Below are positions 48,908 through 56,173 of a stretch of DNA of 56,173 nt, piece by piece. The stretch lies in NCBI RefSeq assembly GCF_001194135.2, contig NC_068987.1, positions 72,345,681 to 72,401,853 on the forward strand, written 5' to 3'. The DNA is from Octopus bimaculoides. Taxonomy: Eukaryota. Made by a program: the position numbers and the translations under genes. How positions within the stretch are numbered: the first letter of the stretch is position 1; each line of letters starts with the position of its first letter. The notes beneath the pieces were generated by a model that ran no database searches, was not told the origin of the DNA, and saw only the letters and a list, made by a program, of their open reading frames with translations.

Positions 48908-51369
48908 TAATATATATATATATATATATAACTCCAAATTTACAAACTTTAGTAATGTAAGGGACTGATTCAACTCCATTATATTCTGGCTCCTTTGTTC
49001 TTGTTGGTGTTTAGCCCTAAATCAGCTCTGACAGAACAAGGTTATGATCAAAGGTATTCTTTTTATATATCTGGAACTACATTATCCGATATATATCCTT
49101 CACTTTTTCTAAGAAGGTAGAATGCAAGTTGCAAGAGATTTGACTGCTATTTCTACCATCTACTTAAAGGCTCCATCAGCAGATAACACCTGTGGAGTAA
49201 AGCCTCAATACAGTCATTTGACCTGCTATAAATAACAGTCAAATCTCCTTCAAATCATACAGATAGGTACTAAGCAACAACAACAACCACCATCATACTG
49301 TGGGTGGCCTACCAGACCTCCACCAAGAAGGTGCTGACTTATTCATACATTTTTATACATCACTGTCTTTACAGTCAACTCCTAATTATTTCCACAGTCA
49401 ACTCATTAAATATTGACTTGTTTTCTGAGGTGGTTTCTGGAGCAACTACACAGAACTATTCATGGATGGCTAGATGGACGGATTTATGTATGAACGATTG
49501 CAGGTGTGTATGTGCATATTTATTTATAGTGTGTGTATTTAGTTAGGGGGTGGGGATTACTTTAGGGAAAGGTACTGCACCCATGATCTTCACAGGTTTG
49601 TTTGCTATACATCCCATTTCTCTTGTAACCAAATAAGCAATCCAAAAATGTAAGTGGTCCAATATCAACTTGGTTATATTTTTCAGGAGAGTGCTCAACC
49701 AAACATAATATTTTGACAAGTGTCAAAAGGCAGTTACACCCATAGATCATGAAAGTTACAGGTGTATTAGCAAATCATTCAAATTCAGTTAGTTTAAAAT
49801 TTGCACAAAGAAAGACATAAAAAGCAGAAAGTATACATCAAGTCACTAAGTAGAACAAGCAATAAATATTGTACCAAGTTATTAGTCAGAATATCGCTCA
49901 TATAAATTTTATATCAACACATACCCCACACACACAAAGATATACTCTACAAAGGAGAGAGGGGAGAGGGAGGGAGAGAGAAGTGTGTGTGGAAGGTTCT
50001 TTTTAATCTTCATTCGTTTGTTTTATGTCTGTTTTCCCATGCCAGTATGGGTTAGCTAAATACTTATTACTGAAACCCTTTTTTTTTTACAGCTGGATAC
50101 CTTTCCTATGACTAACCCCAACCTGTCTTTCAAGTAAAAGGTTGTTTGTTTTTTTAATTCAACTTGTCTTTAAAAGTACAGAGCTAGAGGACGATCTGTT
50201 AACAAGGAAGGTCAACATAACATCATTGATTTTTCTCAGTGCTTTCATACAAAGACATAAAAGGCATTCACAAATGCATGCACACACACACACACACACA
50301 CACAATGAGTTTCTATATAGTTTCTGTCAACCAATTCTATTCCACTCACAAACTTTGGTTGGCCTTAGTCTACAGTAGAAGACACTTGCCCAAAGATACG
50401 ATGTGAACTCCATACGATGAGACCAATAGATACAATATGAACTCTATATAACTCCATATTCATACAGCCATGCATGTTTATACAAACATTAGTTTTAAAC
50501 AAAGGCTAGTTATATTACATATTAAAACAAATAGAGTGGATGATAGAATCAGCAGAGTGATGGCTACCATGAATTCCTGTGTTTAATATAATCATTTATA
50601 TTAAGTTTATAGCCTTGCATCCCATGCTAGAAATCAATACTATATAACACAGGAAGGTGGTGACAAGCTGGCAAAGTCGTTACCATGTTTAATGGCATTT
50701 TGTTCCGTCTTCATGTTCTGAGTTTTCAAATTCTACTGAGGCTGACTCTGCCTTTCATCCATTCAGGGTTGATAAAATAAGTACCAGTTGTGGACTGGGA
50801 TCAATGTAATTGGCTTACCTTTTCCTCCAAAATAGCTGGTCTCATGCCAAAACTTGAAATTGATATTTCTACAGGGATTAAAGTGGTGAGCTAGCAGAAT
50901 CATTAGCATGCTGGGGAAAAATGCTTAACGGTATTTTGTCCTTCTTCGTGCTTTGAGTTCAAATACTGGTAAGGTTGACTTCGCTTTTCATCCTTTCGGG
51001 GTCAATAAAATAAGTAGCAGTTGAGTCCTGTGGTTGATGTAACCAACTTAATACCCACTCAAAACTGCTGGCGTTGAACCAAAAATTGAAATCAATATTA
51101 TATAGCATGGAATGTCATAGTTTTTGACAAAATTGGTAAAGGAGTGGACAACATGTATCGTGGCTGTGATGCTTAGTTATATCTCTTTACATTATTGGGC
51201 TCAAATTCTGCTGAAGCTAATTTTATACTTTCATCCTTCTGGTGTCAACTGTCAATAAAATAAAGTACTACTCAAAATTTAACTACGTCAATCCCAACTA
51301 ACATGTATAGCCATGAAGCTTATTAGGAAAACACAGGACATAGGATGGAAATATTGATATACTTTTACC

Positions 51370-51885
51370 GTTTTTTGGCTTTTTACTTGTTTCAGTCATT
51401 AGACTGCAACCATGCTGGGGCACCACCTTGAAGAATTTTAGTCAAACAGAACAACCCCAGTACTTATTTTTTTATTTTTTAAGCCTGGTGCTTATTTTAT
51501 CAATCTCTTTTGCAGAATAGGGACATAAACACACCAACACCAGTTATCAAGCAGTGGTGGGGGACAAACACAGACACAAGGACACACACATACACAGATA
51601 TCACACACACACATACACACACACAATGGGCTTCTTTCAGTTTCTTATTTCTTTATTACCCACAGGGGGATAAACATAGAAGGGACAAACAAGGACAGAC
51701 AAAGGGATTAAGTCGATTACATTGACTCCAGTGCATAACTGGTACTTTATTTATCGACCCCGAAAGGATGAAAGGCAAAGTCGACCTTAGCGGAATATGA
51801 ACTCAGCCCAGGGTACTATGCAGTGGGAGTGAACCTGGAACAATGTCGTTGGGAAGCAAGCTTCTTATCACACAGCCACACCTTA
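51370..51885 (-). mobile_element. Composite: CORE-type SINE with a second SINE (about 51640-51805) in its middle
   Basis: Tail and head of the 38815-type element flank a Meta-type core; the segment usually found between them is missing. Confidence 0.65.
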
Positions 51886-52747
51886 CATAAAAATAATTAG
51901 CAGTGATTACACTGCGTAACAAAATTTTAAAATATATATTTTTTTTGTCTGAAGGTGTTATTTCTTATTTGTTTCTATCTAGAAATCAAAGGAAACAACT
52001 GCTATTCCCTTCAAATTTTGCTTTTGTGACCTGGGCCATAATGTTTTGAAACTCACCTATTTTTCATCACATTTCAAATAGACTCAGCACTGAGTAGATG
52101 AAGCAGAAATATTGTTATAGCAAATATTCTGCTCAATACCATAGATTTTCTTGTCAGTTACTTGACCATAACCACTTGAGCATGTCCCTTAGTGGCCAAC
52201 AATATGCGCGTCTCTGATCATGAGCAAGAGTAGTAGGGGAGCATTCATAGCCACGTGCTGTCAGGGATTCTTTGGAGTTTGAATAAATGTAACAAAAGTA
52301 AAGTTTGAAGGAAATATTAACCATTTCTCGTACTTTCTAGGGGTGAGCAAATTGGAAAAAACAGCTGCTATCCAAGGACAGAAGTTGCGTTATACAGTAT
52401 TATTGAGAAATTAGTTGAATGCATTAAGCTGGGTGTGTGAAGTTCATTTAATAAAACAAATCAAGTGCAATTGAATTAAGTGTTTGAGTAGCAAAGGTCA
52501 TTAGATAATACAACATATCTTTATTGTTTATCTTTCACTTGTTTCAGTAATTGGACTGTGTAGCCATCCTGGGGTGCAGCCTTGAAGGGTTTAGTCAAAC
52601 AAATTGAACCCAGTAATTATGTATTTTAAATTTTGGTACTTAACCTATCAGTCTCCATTGCCAAGCCACTAAGTTACAGGGACATAAACAAACCAGTACC
52701 AGTTGTCAAGCAGTGGATCAGGGGAACAAACAGAAACAAACATACAG

Positions 52748-52802
<55 letters not shown>

Positions 52803-55800
52803 TTTATCTTCACCTTTTTGATGCGACCCTCTACTCTATACTGCTTTTTCCCTCCATCCTTCTCTAATCCTCTTTTTCTCCCCCTCCTTCCTTCACCGTT
52901 TTCTATCTGTCTGTCTTTCCCCCTCTTTCTTTTTCTCTCGTTGCTCACATGTGATCATCATCCATCTTTTATTTGGTGACCTCACTGCTGCTGGTGCCAC
53001 ATAAAAAGCACCTTGTAAAGTGGTTGGCATTAAGAAGGGCATCCAGTGGAGCTTGGCGCAATCTTCTGACTTGCCAGTTCCTGTCAAGCTGTCCAACCCA
53101 TGCCAGTATAGAAAACAGATGTTAAATAAAGATTATGATGATGCCAACTATTAATTATCAAAAATGAATTAAAATATTAACTATTAAATATTTGAAGTAA
53201 ATAATTTCCAATTCCTTACAATAATCCTGATTTAAGTGGAATGGAATTCAGTCTATGATTTAGTAAATGACTACTATTTTTGGTGTTAGATGTGCACAAC
53301 TTTTGTCCTTTTAAAGCTCAATAAATACCTACTAGGCATTTAGCTTATATGTCATGTATTAAGCTTACATGCAATATATTCAGTTCCATTTAACTGTCTC
53401 TATTAAGTGACAGTAATGACAGGAAGTGTTCACATGTGTGTTACAATGTATGTGTGTCTCTAATGATTTAACTAATTGTTATTTCATGCGAGCTCATAAA
53501 AAAATAATAGTGGGTGTGTATGTGTGTGCATGTGTAAATTCAACTAGATAAAAATATATACAAACATGCGTATCTCCCATTTTGTTTGGTCCAGGCCCTT
53601 CAAGCAGACTTATGACCATCCCAATTGTTGAAAAGGGTTATCAAGGTTTACATTATTCATATGTGTCCTTTTTGGAAAAAGAATGTTTTGAGGAGATTTG
53701 GCTGTAATTATTAGCATTATGAGCAGCCTTAAAACTCTTACATATCATGTTATATATATGAGTGTTTAAGCTTGATTATATATTGGTTTACATGCATATA
53801 TAGCTTTATTTCATTTAGCTTCTATTTATTCCTATGAATGTGCATGTGCCAAACGAGTATGGACTACCTATTTCCATGGTAAAAATAGACCTGAGTAGGG
53901 CCAATATCTCAACGTAGAAAAAAAAAGCAAAGCAACAAGTGCAGGCATGGTTGTGCAGCAAGAAGCTTGCTTCCCAACCACATGGTTCCAGGTTCAGTCC
54001 CACTCCTTAGGTGAGTGTCTTCTACTATAGCCTTGGACTGACCAAAGCCTTGTGAGGGATTTGGTAGACAGAAACTAAAGGAAACCATCAATAGAAAAAG
54101 TATCAAGCTTTAAAAAGATAATAAATACTCTGATTGATCCAATCAACTAAAATTTCTTCAAGGTGGTGCCCCAGCATGACTGCAATTTAATGATTGAAAC
54201 ATGTAAAAAATAAAATTAAAAAAAACATTGATGGCAATATTCAAAACCAACAAGACATGGGAGAGAAAAGCCTTCTCTCTGGGAAGCAGAACATTCAACC
54301 CAGAGTCAAAAACTGTGGAGAAAAGTTGTTAATGGCCTATGCTCCCAAAGTAGTGAAGGGTTTAAATAAATGAAAGGATAAAAGGTAAAGTTGACCTCAG
54401 CAGGATTTGAACAGGGAACACAGACAGTTGAAACAAATACCACATGGTATTTCTATCCTATGCTGTAATGACTACCATTTTACTGTCACCTTTTTTGTCT
54501 AGGTGGATACACATAGTTTAGTGGTTATTGTGTAGGACTCATGATTGTAAGATTGTGGTTTTGATTCCTGGACCAGGCGATATGTTGTGTTCTTGAGCAA
54601 AACATTTAATTTCACATTGTTCAAGTCCACTCAGCTAGCAAAAATGAGTAATCCTGCAACATACTGGTATCTCGTCAGGCAGGTTAAAAAATATATGCCT
54701 CACAGAAACCAGGAAACCATCCCTATGAATCTATAAGTCTCAGGAAGGATCTTTCCTTTGTCTATATACATGATAAACCTGTCAAACATTATAGGTATTA
54801 ATTATAAAGAATATCCATAAGAAAATGTTCAATCCCTCAAGTCGTGCCAAACTACAAAGTTTGCTGCAATCTTCTAAATTTCATGCATGAAATGAAACTC
54901 ATCCAGCAGAAGGGGTTAGAGAATTTAAGAATTGGTAAAGAATAGGTAATAATTCCTTTCTATTAAAGACATAAGGCCTGGAAATTGCAGGGAGGGGATT
55001 AATTGATTATATTAACCTTCAGTATTCAACTGATAACTATTTCATCAACTACAAAAGGATAAAAGTCAAAGTTGACTTTGGTGGAATTTGAACTCCAAAA
55101 GCGAAAACTAATAATTAGAATTTTAACAGACCAAAAACTGAATGCATCTTTAGTGTTGCTACTTTCAAGCAAGTTGCTTAATCTTTCATTTAAGAAAAAG
55201 AACCACTAAAAGACATTTGTTTTTATGCAGTCTATCTCAGTTTACTAACATTCAGTAGAAGATATGAAATCAACACAGCCAATTCACAAAATATTACACT
55301 ATTATGCAATATTGACAGCAGTGGTATACCACACATAAAACATATTTACAGTTCGTCTGACTAGGTGATTTGGAAGTTACTGTCTTTATTGGGGAGACAA
55401 TATAGTACTAGTGAAAACATGCAAAGTAAACTATTATTGGTTGGCACTCTGAGGCCATTAACTTGGCCAGTAATAGCTTTTAGTACAAGTTTTACATAAA
55501 ATTTTAAGGTCCCATATAATTTTGCTTAATCTCATGTAGTCTCATCCAAAATGGGAGCCTTTTACCAACATTTTTCATTGCATCACTTAAAAAATTGTAG
55601 AAACATTTTCATATGAAACCATTGGCAACATTGTTAATCCACAAAGAACATTCATCTTCCAAATGTGGTAGTACTCATTCTCACTGTTTGGTACTATCAT
55701 ATATGTATGTGCATATATATATAGTATTGTAAATTTAGTCTCTTAGCCAATTCATGTTATTGAACTGGTTTCATATTAAAGAATCTTCCAAATGTACAAG

Positions 55801-55894
55801 GAAAATTTAACAGTTGTTACGTAGCTTGAACTTCTGCACAGTAACCAAGGTTATATAGATCCATAGCAGTAAAATATGTAATATGTATATATTA

Positions 55895-55985
55895 CTAGCA
55901 GAAATACCCAGCGTTGCCCTGGTTAAAGAGAATAATGAAATCTAAAAACGCCGTCTAGACTACGCATCATCTTTATATATAGAGA
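55895..55985 (-). mobile_element. 91-bp non-autonomous Helitron
   Basis: Minus strand A|TC...CTAG|T with a GC-rich hairpin ccagggcaacgctggg about 10 nt before CTAG. Confidence 0.7.
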
Positions 55986-56173
55986 TGTATATACACACAC
56001 GCACCCAAACACACGTATATATATGTATATCAATATAAATATATGAAAGTCAATGAAGTTTCGTAAAAGAAGGTGATCATGTACATACTTTCTTGCTGTT
56101 GTGATTATAACACCTCATTGTAAACAATGTTCCTTGTTTTCCCTTGTGGAGCATATACAAATAGGTTTTTTTT

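Noticed and set aside
49399-49760. Plus-strand exon candidates with acceptors at 49398, 49595 and 49686
   Set aside because: The implied introns are very short and the third segment is closed in all frames.

Overview
Eukaryotic, AT-rich, microsatellite-dense draft-assembly DNA with nine N-gaps. The repeat families (tRNA-headed SINEs, RTE-LINE 3' ends with (GAT)n tails) look like those of Octopus genomes; this is recognition from memory, not a database result. No intact protein-coding gene is visible, and most ORFs in the track are microsatellite or gap artefacts. Supported content: a dead mariner transposase (5.9-7.1 kb), two pieces of a second mariner family (one apparently inverted), and a 1.5-kb internally deleted CsRn1-type Gypsy element with both LTRs, PBS, PPT and a 4-bp TSD (31360-32871). 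There is also a decayed Penelope-like GIY-YIG remnant (44.4-45.0 kb), a CRE-like fragment, piggyBac-, hAT- and Tc1/pogo-type MITEs, a 91-bp mini-Helitron, and dozens of SINE/RTE copies, some nested. A CpG-retaining zone at about 31.2-36.1 kb may mark a promoter region between CpG-depleted gene bodies. Several short candidate exons exist, but I could not assign them to a known gene. I found no convincing novel multi-gene system; the best leads are unusual transposon structures and a possible unannotated small-exon gene.
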